From: Takakia lepidozioides
Lineage: Eukaryota > Plantae > Bryophyta
Assembly: GCA_030704615.1 (NCBI GenBank)
Contig: CM060734.1
Coordinates: 7,936,001-8,000,000 of the forward strand
Direction of reading: 5' to 3'
DNA: 64,000 nucleotides
This document shows positions 52,271-64,000 of the stretch, in pieces. A program made the position numbers and the translations under genes. Below the pieces are notes generated by a model. The model was given only the letters and a program-made list of their open reading frames with translations. It made no database searches and had not been told where the DNA came from. How positions within the stretch are numbered: position 1 is the first letter of the stretch; each line of letters opens with the position of its first letter.

Positions 52271-53000
52271 CTAACATGACAACTCCAGGTGTCACCATGG
52301 CGCGCTCAATGGCTAGCCTAGCTGGCAGCTGCAGCTTGCCATGGCGCCGCCGTGGTAGTCTTGACCCTCACATCCGAGGATCCCTCCGGCACTACACCTC
52401 CCACTATCTCCGCAGAAGATGAAGTAACCTCCCCACTCTCACATAGTGTAGCTGCCAGCCTGAACACCTCAGCTGGTCTTACCCCCGGCGTCGCAATCAT
52501 GGTAGCCGAGAACAATGGAGCCTGGCACACAGCTATGGCCACCCCCAGCAGCACACTAGCTACTGTAGCCTTGGCAATACTAGGTAGTGGTGTTGCTTGT
52601 GTAGCTCTCCCCAATGGCATAGTAACCTCCGCCTCGGTAACAGTCGGACGAGAACTAGGTGCCATGGACGGCGTCAACACTGTCTCTGCCAATGTGAATG
52701 ACTGAGGAAGCCTGGCCTGACGGCTTGCCTCCCCACGCTGTGGATCCAACTCCACCTCCACACCCCGTGGCTCAGGAACTCGTGCTGCTCCTTGAGTCAC
52801 TGTCGCAACTGACTCCACTTGCACTAGTGGTAGTCCTGCCTCGCACATAGTGGTAGTGGTAGTGCTGCCCCACCCACAGTGGTAGTGGTAGTGGCACCCC
52901 TCACTAGTGGTAGTGCTGCCCTGCACATGAATCCCATGCCTCCCATGTCTCCTCCCTTAGGAACAAGAGGTGGACCATCCGGCCTTGGAGCCGGTACCAC

Positions 53001-54470
53001 CTAAGCTGTGGCCATGGCAGCGAGCCTCTGCTCTAACTGCTGAAGCCGGTTGGCCATGCCTTGATCACTACCTTGACCTCCGCGTCCTTGGCCATGTTGA
53101 GCTTGCCTTTGGCCTGCACCTTGTGCCTGGCCACCTCGTCCTCTCTGGGCTGCTCCACCTCGCCCCCCGCCACCATTGTTCCCTTGGAACTGGCCTGGGC
53201 GCAACTCAGGATGCAAACCATAGCACTGGGTTTCCCCATGCCCGTACTTGCCACAATGCCCACACTGCAACTATGCAGGTTGTGCCGGTGCCAAACCATT
53301 GCCTCCCTCTTGGCAATCCTTCTTGACATGGGTTCCTCCACATGTCCAGCACACCACATCCGCCCGTTGTTGGCCTGCAAATGAAGGGAGAGACCCCTGC
53401 ATCTGAGGTCCTCTCTGCCCTTCCCTGAGCTTCACCTGAGCTCCCTTGCTGCCTTGAACACGTTGAGGTAGTGGCTGGCTAGGAGCACCACTATCCCGTG
53501 GTGCCTCCTTAGCAAATCCCACCATGACCACTCGTTCCTCCACCATGTTGAGCTCTATCCGCTCTGCCAGCAAAAACACATTTGCTAAGTGGGTTGGGCC
53601 GCTTGTAGGAGAGTTGCATCCCGCCCCCTTCTCCTTAGCTCCTTATCCAATATCCCGTACCAGAACTGGACTGCCTGAGCCTCCGTAACCCCTTGGGTTA
53701 CATTAATCAAGCGCCTCATGCGAGTGAAAGCCTCCCTCAAGCTCTCAGTAGGCTTTCGTTGGAACTCTTGCAAGCTCCTCAACTTCTCTGTCCTCACCCC
53801 TTGGTAGTTCCTTCTCAACTCTTCCAAGAACTCCACAACAGGATTGAAGGCAGGCACGGGTACTGGTGCTGGTGCAGCAGTAGCTTGGGTGGACGTCGTA
53901 GCCTCTGTACTACTAGTCCGTGGACGCTGCTGTTGTAGCTGCTGCTGCTGGTGCAGCTGCCGGTGTGACTGCTGCCCTTGTGCCTCTAGTGCCTCTAGTG
54001 ATGGAGACATAGTCGGGTGACCAGTACATCCTCCACTCCTCGATCTCAATATCGTGCCCCCGCCTAAACTCATGGTAATCATCCATGGGCGGCCCCTCAA
54101 GGTGCTGAAACAGCCCCTTCCATGCCATAAAAGGCGTAAACAGTTGTGGATTGCGCATTTGCTGCAAGTCACACCAACTATCAAACTTTTGGATAAATTC
54201 ATTCAACTCGATGGTGCCCACCGCCCCAGAGTACCTTCGTGGCCGCTTGGTGGCTCCATACATCTCCTCCATTGTGTCCCACAACAATGGCAAGGAAACA
54301 ACTTGCACCGCCGGTGTGAGTCCTCCTTATTCACAATCCGAATCAGAACCTTCCGTAGAAGACACAGGAGGTGAAGGTGGCCTAAACCGCACACCTCGTC
54401 TCGTAAACCCGCTAGTATCGCTAGTGCTCGTACCGGCACTTTCCCCATCAACTAGTGGCACCTCCGTGTT
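53001..54470 (-). pseudogene. gag of DNMT-Gypsy copy B with two zinc knuckles
   Basis: YSGAVGTIELNEFIQKFDSWCD; CWTCGGTHVKKDC; CGHCGKYGHGETQC; paralog of 35561-36913. Confidence 0.88.
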
Positions 54471-57007
54471 GACAAACTGACACTCAACCGGTCATGAACA
54501 TGTCTCTAACCCCCTCTCCACAAGGTATCCGGGTAGAGAACCTGATGCGGCTTATGGTTTGGAATATTAGGTTCCTAACATAGCCTGCACCTGCACCTGC
54601 ATCCACCGCAGGCACTCCTATGGTTGGATGGTCATCATCTCCAACCTCACCACAAGAGAAACAAAGATGGTCTGACTGGTCATCACCCCAGCCTCACCAT
54701 CGAAAGCATGCTCTAGGGTGGATCGGCGATCAAGCCCGAGTCCACCACCTATAAAATCAAGCGCCCACACAAAACTAGCATGGCGCACAATCAAGCATGC
54801 AGGTGTGGAGGGGATCCAAACACAAGAATGGAAACAACAACTCCACAGTGTCGCTCCTGCAACCCAGCCCAAAACCCGGACTGACTCTTGCCTCCACCTA
54901 CGGAAAGGTCTCGGCCTACAGAGAAGGTGGAAAGCTACGAGGAAGGGAAACTAAAGCAATGCCTATCCCCAGCATGCTCTCATCCCAACACCTTTTTTTT
55001 TTTTTTTTTCCCTCTCTTCTCTCACTTGCATGACCATGAGAGCATCTTGTGGACAATCCTCAAACCGCCCTCCACGAGCTCATGAAACTTGGCCTCCAAG
55101 GCCCCATGCAAGCCTCCACAGGGTCCGCCAGTGCCTCCTTACGTCCACCAGCCATTCCTCCGAATGGAACCACCTCAGGAAACCACACCGTTCGCTGAAG
55201 GTTCAAAAATGGAGCAAATAGAGGTACATATAGGCCCCAACAACATTCTGTCCAAAGGAATTACCTGCAGGCTGGTCTCCCCCATAGGTAAGAACTGGGC
55301 TGAAAACCCGAAAAGATTACCTGCAGGGAAGTAAGCCCCTTTGTTAAAACGCAACAGGGAGGCAATTCTGACTTTTTTGCCAAATCAGCTAGCTCAAAAC
55401 CGTTGTTCTTCATAGCCCAGCCTCCCATCCAAGGTCCCACGAAACGAGTAAAAAAAGTTTTTTTTTTTTTTTTTTTTCACTCTAACTGTTCGTGGCCTTC
55501 CGTGGCTCTAACCGCCACTACTCCTCACGGCCCGCCCTAGGCGCTCGTTGGCCACGGGCTGCCCAGTGATACCCCGCGGTACCACTCCCATGAGCCTTCA
55601 CGGCCCGCCATCCCCACGATCTGATCACCGTGCCCACCCGTTGTGTCCGCACCACGACTTCCAACGGTCACGGTCAACCATCACGACCTGGGCTCGTGGT
55701 ATCTCGTGATACCGCCCCAACGGCCCATCACGGCCACTATTCCCTACGTTCCCTGGAACTCCCAACGAGTTCTCATGAGTTCCTGGGGCGTTCCCACACG
55801 TTCCCGAGCTCTTCCCGAGCTGGGGTTTGCTCCAACACCTGCTGCCGACGAGCTATGGCTTTTGCGGAGCCATCAGCCCCATCGCCCTGCACTCCTGAGC
55901 TCTCACGGCCCACTAGAAGTGCCTCCAACTCAACAAGCAAGCTATATGCTGCCCAACAAGCTCCATTTTCTTCATGAAGCTCACAAAAACAAATCTGAAA
56001 ATACACACATTTACAAACTTGGTGCACCTGCACTTCTCATGCATCTCCCTTGGCTCTAGGGCGCCTCGTTGCTGCCTTTCCTGCCCCGCTCTTGCCACTC
56101 TAAGAGCCCTTACACTGCTGAATTTCAGATTGAAACTCCAACTCAACACATGCTTCACACGTGCACTGATTTGCACACAAGAGGGACCAGCCCCCTCTCT
56201 TCACTCATACCTCTTCATGAGCTTGGAGCTGAAGCTCCCAACGGGCTGCGATGCATCCCCTCGCAGCTCCACCATTCGGCTGCTCCTCATCTACCCGCAA
56301 CAACTAGTTTCGGGCAGAAATACCTGGAGCTGATCATATCATCTCCAACCTGCAAAATGCTAGCTTCCCATGCGCAGCCCACATTCCTGCAGCTCCTTAA
56401 TTTGGCCTGCAATTGAAGAAGACGACCACCAGTTCGCCCACTCGTGGCCAGCATCTCCTCCGCTTCACACTAGAAGCCCAAACTTGGTTGCCATAGCGTT
56501 GAGCTATGCAACGCCGCTCTTCAACAGGCTACCCGCTCTCTCTATCAATTGCAGGTTTGCACTCTATCCACTGTAGATAGGCTCATGCACGGATCCCTGC
56601 ACTCTAGGCTGAACCGCTTCTCATGAAAACACAAGTGCTACAAAACAACTTGAACCTGGCACTCACAGACTTGAGCTGATCTTTCTCGAGTGATAAAGAA
56701 AGGAATAATACAAGCACACAAGCTCTCTCTAACTCACATACTTGCACATGAAAACATCACTCATGTATTAAGTCGAGCCAAGTGCACCCCACGCCATGGG
56801 GAATCCACACTACGGCGCCATAGCTAGACGCGGTGAGGCTCAACTCCAGAAAGATGAGCCCACCACGATCTGCCATGAAGATAACAACGCCAGATGCCCA
56901 AACATGTATTGGCCCCTGGATTGACACTTGGGTCAATCCCAAATGTCAATATATAAAAGCTAGCTATTTCCTAGCTAACTTCACACTAGTGGTAAAATAA
57001 CTTGACA

Positions 57008-57943
57008 TCCGCATCGTCCGTTCCTCCTATTGTACATGTTCTTTCCTCATCACCATCGCCATCCCGACCATCTCGGCCAGTACTACCTCCACGCGAGATC
57101 CCTCATACCCACCTACGTGTCCCTTCCCCTCCATTGCCGAGACCACAGCCGCCACCGAGTCCGTATCCGGATCCTCCGGCAGAACCCGGATGGATCCCAC
57201 CACCTTTGGGGACTGTGTATGACTGGGACCGATGGATCACTAGGTTCCCACTCTGGGAGAAGGGCCCCCGAAGTGATGGACGGGCACCGCCCCCTAGGAG
57301 AGGTGGACCGAAGTTGTTTCGCACGGTTTGTCCGCGCCTTCACCGGCCTGATGACGGCACCAAACGTCATCGTGGTACTAGGGAGCTATTCACGATGGGA
57401 GTCCAACCCCATTTCTACCAATGTCTTGTGCCTTGTCCAGTTCCAATTCCCGAGGGTGAGCCCTTTCTTTTTTTGGGTCGCATGTATTGCGTGATGGAGG
57501 CAATGGATCCTAGTATGGGTCGCGGACTTTTTTTTATGGAGGCTGTAGTTTTGGGGAGAGGAGAGGATTCTGTGGATTTGTTCCCCTATTTTGGGCCGAT
57601 GTACACCCACCAGGAGTGGTAATTATTGCAGACACACGGCCTTGGGTCCTTGATCCATCCTTACATCCTTGTTGTGAACGATAATGATGTAAGGGCGAGA
57701 AATTTGGGCCGCAAAGCCCATATTTATTGTGACGGAAACCCCGATGTGTATGGCAACGTGGATGGGCTCATCAACAGTTCAGTTACCTTACCACCGGGCC
57801 ACACCGCCAACGTGTTTTGGGATGAGCGCCATGACGGGGATAGTAGATTGGACCCTAACGTCACCACTTTTGTGATGACATGTGCGAGGAGGACCATTAG
57901 GGCTGGAGAGGATTTGTTTGCAGAGTATGACTTTAGGCGTTAG
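57008..57943 (+). pseudogene. SET-domain (lysine methyltransferase fold) protein, 3' part, single in-frame TAA at 57620-57622
   Basis: ORFs 57002-57622 and 57626-57943 share a frame: MGRGLF, PYFGP, DG...GN..GLINSS...ANV, CARRTIRAGEDLFAEY, matching the SET motifs GxG, YxG, NHS and ELxxDY. No post-SET cysteines. Confidence 0.8.
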
Positions 57944-58244
57944 CCGAGTTTCATCATGTGTAGATGGACGTAGGAAGACATTTTGTACATTGAGGTGGCT
58001 TCCTCCACCGTGTATATAAATACATAGGCATTGATGTGTATTTGGATGCAGTTTTTCATGCTATATTCAAGGGAGTTTGGGTGGACGTTATATGTGAATT
58101 TGGGTATTTTGAATTATATAGTGCCTCCTTCATGTATGTATTCCCCTACTGTGTATAATGTGTACTTTGGGTTTTATCCCGTATGATAATGAACAACGCC
58201 ATGTATGGAAACTGATAATGACATGGTTGTTTTTGGCATCTTAG

Positions 58245-61200
58245 GATGCCGGCCACAACCCCACGACGTTAATTCATGAAGTTCATGATTGTCATGAACC
58301 GGGATTTTGTTCCTTCGGAGGGGGGGTGCGTGTCAAAGGGACCCGACCCCGTCTGAAATGGCGGTCTCCGATGATGAGGACAACAATGACAATGGAATTA
58401 TGCATGAGGATGTGGCAGCAGCAATGGAGGACCTCTTAATGCATCAGATGGTAGATGAGGACACAGACTCTTTGAATGACATGGAAAAAGAAGCCAAAAC
58501 TCCCTTATACGAAGGGGCCAAAGTGAGTAGACTTTCAACCATCTTGTTGTTGCTGAATTTGCAAATCCGGTTTGGCATAAGCAATGTGGGTATGTCCGCC
58601 ATAATGCGGACTATTGCGGACTACATCCTTGCCCCACATTTGAAGCCGAGAATGCCACGATCAAGAAAAGAGGCAAGAGCAGCCTTGGATGCTGTGGGGA
58701 TGGGCTATAAGATTTTTCATGCATGTCCATGTGATAAAAAACCCTGTACTACGGAGATGATGCGAAACTCACCAAGTGTCCAAAGTGCAACAAAGACCGA
58801 TATCGGGATGATGTTCAAGGGAAGAAAGCCCCGCGCAAGGTATACCCGCGCCACAATACACTTGTATATTGCATTCTACCTTTTTGCAACCGCTACAAGA
58901 CGTAAGGTTTACTTAGAGATATGAATGACACTGATTATGATATGGGCCGACATGGGGATGGTGCCAAAAATGCACTACTTTCCAATCATCCCGCGACTGC
59001 AGGCACACTACCGAAGCCCCTCATTGGCACAACTGATGAGATGCACGCCTCGCATCGGAGCCCCCCGGGAAAGGTGTGCGGGCCACAAGATTACAAGCAT
59101 GGAGGCATACTGAAGAGATGTGGCCTTTCTCTTGGAGGACCCACGACATGTCCGCCTCGGCTTCTCCTCGGATGGGGTCAACCCATACTCTGTCCAGTCA
59201 TGTAGTCATTCCACTTGGCCGGTGACCATGGTGAATTACAACATCCCTCCGTATCTTTCAATAAAAAAAAAGGCCATATCATGTTGGCTGCCATTGTACC
59301 GGGTGAGTGTTCCCGCTTATTATTTATTTGGATTTTACATTAATCTTCTTCTCTTTGGCGCAATTCCGATGGAAGATTGATGAGTGACGTAATCATGTAG
59401 TAAGATGTGTCATTCATTATGAAGTATAATTAGCATGGTGGAGCATTGAAACAATTAATGGTGTGAATGTCTCATAGGGAAAAAACAAGTGAAAGACATG
59501 GACACGTACTTGCGACCTCTAGTTGATGAACTGAAGGAGCTATGGAGGGGGTCCCGGCATTGGATGCTTCACTTGACCCTATGCGGACAATCTTTTCAGA
59601 TGAGAGGCATCTTGCTTTGGACAATGCATGATTATCCAGGTATATTCTGTTCCCCATGAGAAACCCGCGTACATTTATATTGATGAGGATTGGGATTGAT
59701 TGAAGTAGCGGCGACAGTCTTCTGCACCGTAGTGGGGTAGATGCACATGGAAACTTTTTGTCTTTACTAATGTGGCGGAATGTCTAGGACTTACTGTTTG
59801 CTCGGGGTTGAGCACTAAAGGGTACCACGCATGCCTGCATTGTGGCGATGAACTTGATGCACAAAGCTCCAGCAATCTTCACAAGATGGTGTATCCCAAC
59901 TACCGCAAGTTTCTTCCTATGAGCCATCATTGGAGAAGAAGAGACAAACACTTGTTTGATGGCAAAGTGGAGTTACGTCCCCACCTGTGACACCATCCGG
60001 GCACTTTTGGGAAGACCGATGGAAGGAGGCCCATCCGGAGGGGTTCGGTGAAGTGGATGTGCCCGGCATGAAGCGGCTTTCAATCTTATACGAGTTGCCA
60101 TATTGGGCGGTACATATTCCACAAAAACACCATCAATATTGCTATGCATGCATGTGATATTGCATGTTTTGTATGATTTCCATTGTCACTTTCACGACAA
60201 AATAGACGAGTAAGAATTTGTGGGTGGGGATATATGTAGGACCTGAAGATTCGTCATCTTCTAGATCCCATGCATATTGAGAAGAATGTTTGCTCGTCCT
60301 TTTTTCGTATTCTTCATGGCACGCCGGCAAAGAAGGGAGTGGCTGCGAAAGGAGATTCTCTCGGTGTTAGAAATGAACTTGAGGAGCAGGGTCGCATGCC
60401 CCATCTATGGGCCGAAGAAAATGGTGTGGACCCAAAGGGTGTTGTACGGTGGAAGTATAGGCGCACCCTTGGCAATGGACAAAGGAGGAATACAAAAGTG
60501 ATAGCCACCATAGGAGCTGTCCGAACACCAACTGGTTATGGGTCATCCCTCCGTATGAAGTTCAACGAAGACGGGGTCCATGGTTTGAAGTCTCACGACT
60601 ACCACAATCTATTGCAAGACATCTTGCCCATTGCAGTACGTGGGACATTGACTCCCGAGGTTCGCGAGACAGTCTATAGATTGGGAGCATTGTTCCGGTG
60701 GATTTGCTCCAAAGAGCTGGAGGAAGCGGACTTTCCACGCATGAAGAAGGAGGCGGCGGTGGTCATGTGTATATTGGAGATGCACCTTCCTCCCTCCTTC
60801 TTTGACATCCAAGTGCACTTGGTAGTGCACTTAGTGGAAGAGGCTTCAATTGCCGGCCCCGTTCATTCTCGGTGGATGTACTACCTTGAGCGATACATGA
60901 AGACTTTGAAAGCACATATAAGACAAATGACACACCCGGAGGGTAGCATGGCGGAGGGGTATACATTGCAAGAGGCTATGTTCTACTGCATGGAGTACTT
61001 GGCAAGGGTGGATAAGGAAGCCCCTCCGATGTGGAAGAAGATGAGGATGTACGAACCAAGGACATTTTTTGCCCAAAAATTCAAAGAGGTAAAATTACCC
61101 ATCATGGTGATTAACCAAGCGCATGAGTTCATACTGAAGAACACCCCATCCATACATGAGTGGGAGGCAAGATACAATAACCTTGTTCAACAACGACAGG

Positions 61201-62210
61201 AGGAGACGGTTGCGTGGAGGCGGAACCATGCAAGGGCGACTACACGCTCCGCGAGCAAGGGGCCGGCGTAGGAATGTGCCTTCACAAGATTTGCCCATGG
61301 AATTGCAGCCTCTAAGTTCATTCGCCATTGGCTTCGGACTGAAGTAGAGGATACCATTGCGAAATGTGAGGTGGTTTCAGATTTGGTGCAAGACATTGCA
61401 AGGGGCCCCTCTCAATTTGCGACCTCATACACGGCGGTTTGGGTCATGGTCGTCATTTCCGCATTTGTGCTCTTGACATGAAGCGCAAAACAACGTTTGA
61501 TTCTGGCTTGTGTGCCCTCATATTGGCAAGACTCCGTGTGGGTAGGGGAGATACACGACCTACCATGAGCACACTCAACTACTTTGGAGAGCTTGAGAGC
61601 ATACTCCAACTTCAGTATACAAGGCACCAGCCTCTTATCTTCAAGGCAAGGTGGTTCCAGCCACATCTTGTGGGGCCCTCCGCAACAATAGTGGAAGACG
61701 AGTGTGGTTTCATGCGCGTCAATACAGATAGGCTCGAGTCTACTCATCGTCCCTCCTTTTTTCATGGCCTTCAGACATGGAGCAAGTTTTCTTCTCCGGA
61801 TCAGGAAATTGGAAGGTGGTTGTGCATGCTCAGCCAAGAGGAAGACGTATCTATCATGGTCGGGGATCTACATGGGGCGAGGCGAGGCAAATGCGGAGGA
61901 GGAAGAGACTGGTCATGATGACGCTGATGTTGGCCGAGGTTGGATAGAGGGGGTACAAGAGAATGATGACGCCCCGGACAATGCATCCCGGACCCTATAC
62001 GATGAGGCTCCATCGATGCGGATGTTGGAGAAGAAGATGAAGACATGGTCATTGAAACCGAGGTGGAAGATGATTCAGATGTGCCTTTTGGTGAGCAAGC
62101 CATTTATGACAATGACTCTTATGAGCAAGAAGACTTGCAGCTTGATGAGGACGAAGAAGCTCCGGATGATGATGTTCAAGTTGATTAGACACGTAATCAA
62201 AGCTACATAA
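58245..62210 (+). pseudogene. CACTA TnpD transposase of element 3 (more distant subfamily, many frameshifts)
   Basis: TPLYEGAKVSRLS; FHACPCD; YFPIIPRLQ; VRLGFSSDGVNPY; WPVTMVNYNIPP; LDPMHIEKN; LKSHDYH; PPSFFDIQVHLVVHLVEE; RWMYYLERYMK. Confidence 0.93.
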
Positions 62211-62569
62211 TAATTCTCGCACAGAATTGTACCCATCCCTTCGATTGATTGTACATGTAAATGCATGTAGCTTATTTCTATGATTGATTAATGAAAAATC
62301 CATGAAAAAATCCTTTGTAGGTGTGGCGATCTAGGAATGATTCTAGTGAAGTTGTGACTCGAAAAGTGACTCTAGGATTGTTGAGTTTTTGTACGAGGGC
62401 AAGAATGTTGGAAGACATGGTTCTTGTTCTACAAGTGCTGACCAAGACTTACCCCTGGAAACCCTTCAATCGATTTGGTTACCATGATCTCGATGCAACA
62501 GAAAGAATCTTCGAAAAATAAGGCCGCCCGGGTTGATCACGGTCTCCCATATGCAAGATAGACATGTTA

Positions 62570-63900
62570 TATTGTAGCACAGAAAGAGGACTAAAAAGAT
62601 TTGCAACAATGGATCCATTCAGCTTGGCCTCTGCCATGACCTTAGCAAAGACACAGAAAAGGCGATATTGCGATTCTCCGCCGTCGCAGACCTGTTGGGG
62701 CGTCGCAAGGCGACCCCTGGAGGTCGCAACCCCCTGCATTTACAATATCTATGATTGCGGATTTGTCCTATGTAATGATGTTTGTTTTAGCTCTATTTGG
62801 TTCTGTGAATGCAAACCCCAGACCACTACATCCATGGAAAAAATTGGACCAAACAAAAAATAAAAAATAAAAAAAATTTCTTTCACTCATTATTGCGGAA
62901 CTCTCTATGGAGAGTGCATGAAGTTAAAAAGAACTCAACTTGGGAGTGCAAATGAGGGAAGAAAATATGGTTTTCAGTCCAAATGATTTTTGTTCACTCC
63001 CAAAATTTGCACACGCATTGCAAACGCTGTCATTAAGCATATGGCTTGGGAACGGAATAAAAAAATCATGTGCATGTGCAAAAAATCATCATCCCACCTG
63101 AGGGGATGAGGAGGAGGATGTGGCGGCGGCCGTCAAGTTTGTTGGGATCGGCACCAATGGTGGTAGAAAGAACTCTGGCCCTGTTATACAGCAAGAGAGA
63201 AGGAGCACTATAAAGATTGGAAGAAGGGGATCAATTGACCCTGGCCTTTGCCATGACCTTTGCAAAGAGACACTAAACAGGGCCTCTCTACGACTCCCGG
63301 ACGTCGCAGGCCCGTCGCATTACCGCTGACGGGCGACTTCTAGCAGTCGCAACCCCCGCGAGGTGGCGTGCCCTCGTCACGTGGCGGCCAAGGAGGAAAT
63401 GATCTTGCAACCCCAACGTCCCTCGTCGTTGCCCTGCTGGAGCGTCGCTAGGCCGTCCTAGCGACGACGGGACATCGCAATACCCCGTCGAGCTGGGCAT
63501 CGAAGGGGAAATGGTGACGTTGCGACTCCCGCACGTCGCTGGAACGTCGCAGTACCCTCTAGCCTGGGGGTCTAGGATTGGGGATTTCTGGTACGTAATG
63601 ATTTTTGTTTTTACTCATAATTTTTTGTGAATTCAACCCTTGCACCACTACATTTGTGCAAAATATTGGACCAAAAAAAAAAAAAAAATCTTTGCTCATT
63701 TTTTTAGACTCTCTATGAAGAGTGCATGAAGTTGTAGAGAACTTAACTTTGGAGTACAAATGAGGGAAGAAAATACGGTTTTGGGTCTAGATGACTTTTG
63801 CTTACTCCCAATTTTTGCACGTACATTGCATATGTTGTCATTAAACATATGGCTTGAAAGTGGAATTTAAAAAAAAATGTGTGCAGACGAAACGCAATAT
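62570..63900. repeat. Probable CACTA 3 subterminal region: GTCGC/GCGAC repeats within a diverged tandem duplication
   Basis: 62580-62720 resembles 63190-63350 and 62800-63080 resembles 63625-63890; dense gtcgca/tgcgac motifs in both orientations. Confidence 0.6.
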
Positions 63901-64000
63901 TTAGTCTCCACGACACGTAGTTTCGTTGAAATCTTGAATGACCCATTGACTAAACTTGGTTCAAGCTCATATTTGGTCCACATGTGCTTAAGTATGTTCA

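Larger units (their letters stand above)
46611..57007 (-). mobile_element. Ty3/Gypsy retrotransposon carrying a C5 DNA methyltransferase and a PHD finger (copy B, 10,397 bp)
   Basis: Ends TGTC...GACA; 4-bp TSD TCCA (46607-46610) / TCCG (57008-57011); internal order gag-PR-DNMT-RT-RNaseH-IN-PHD. Confidence 0.93.

Overview
Eukaryotic, almost certainly land-plant (a PLS-class PPR fragment is present; the TE proteins look non-seed-plant-like, which is inference), transposon-packed DNA. I see no intact host gene and no rRNA, tRNA or CRISPR array. The window is a nested stack of elements. (1) Three diverged CACTA/EnSpm DNA transposons: one complete (18768-35557, CACTA TIRs and a 3-bp TGG TSD), one with only its right end visible (17943), one with no termini visible (transposase at about 58.2-62.2 kb). 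(2) Two copies of a Ty3/Gypsy family. The fuller copy (46611-57007, minus strand) encodes gag - protease - C5 cytosine DNA methyltransferase - RT - RNase H - integrase - PHD finger and has non-matching terminal segments. (3) An unrelated Gypsy fragment (about 1.1-5.2 kb). (4) Two (TC)n-tailed LINE remnants. (5) A 125-130 bp minisatellite built from a PPR gene fragment. The main signal is that these elements carry chromatin or transcription-related cargo: a DNMT3-like methyltransferase plus PHD finger in the Gypsy polyprotein, a SET-domain ORF just upstream of one CACTA transposase, and an FCP1/NIF-type HAD phosphatase domain at the end of a divergently oriented TnpA-like gene. All copies contain stops or frameshifts; some frameshifts sit in homopolymers and may be sequencing errors. 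All domain calls are from motif recognition by eye, with no database searches run.
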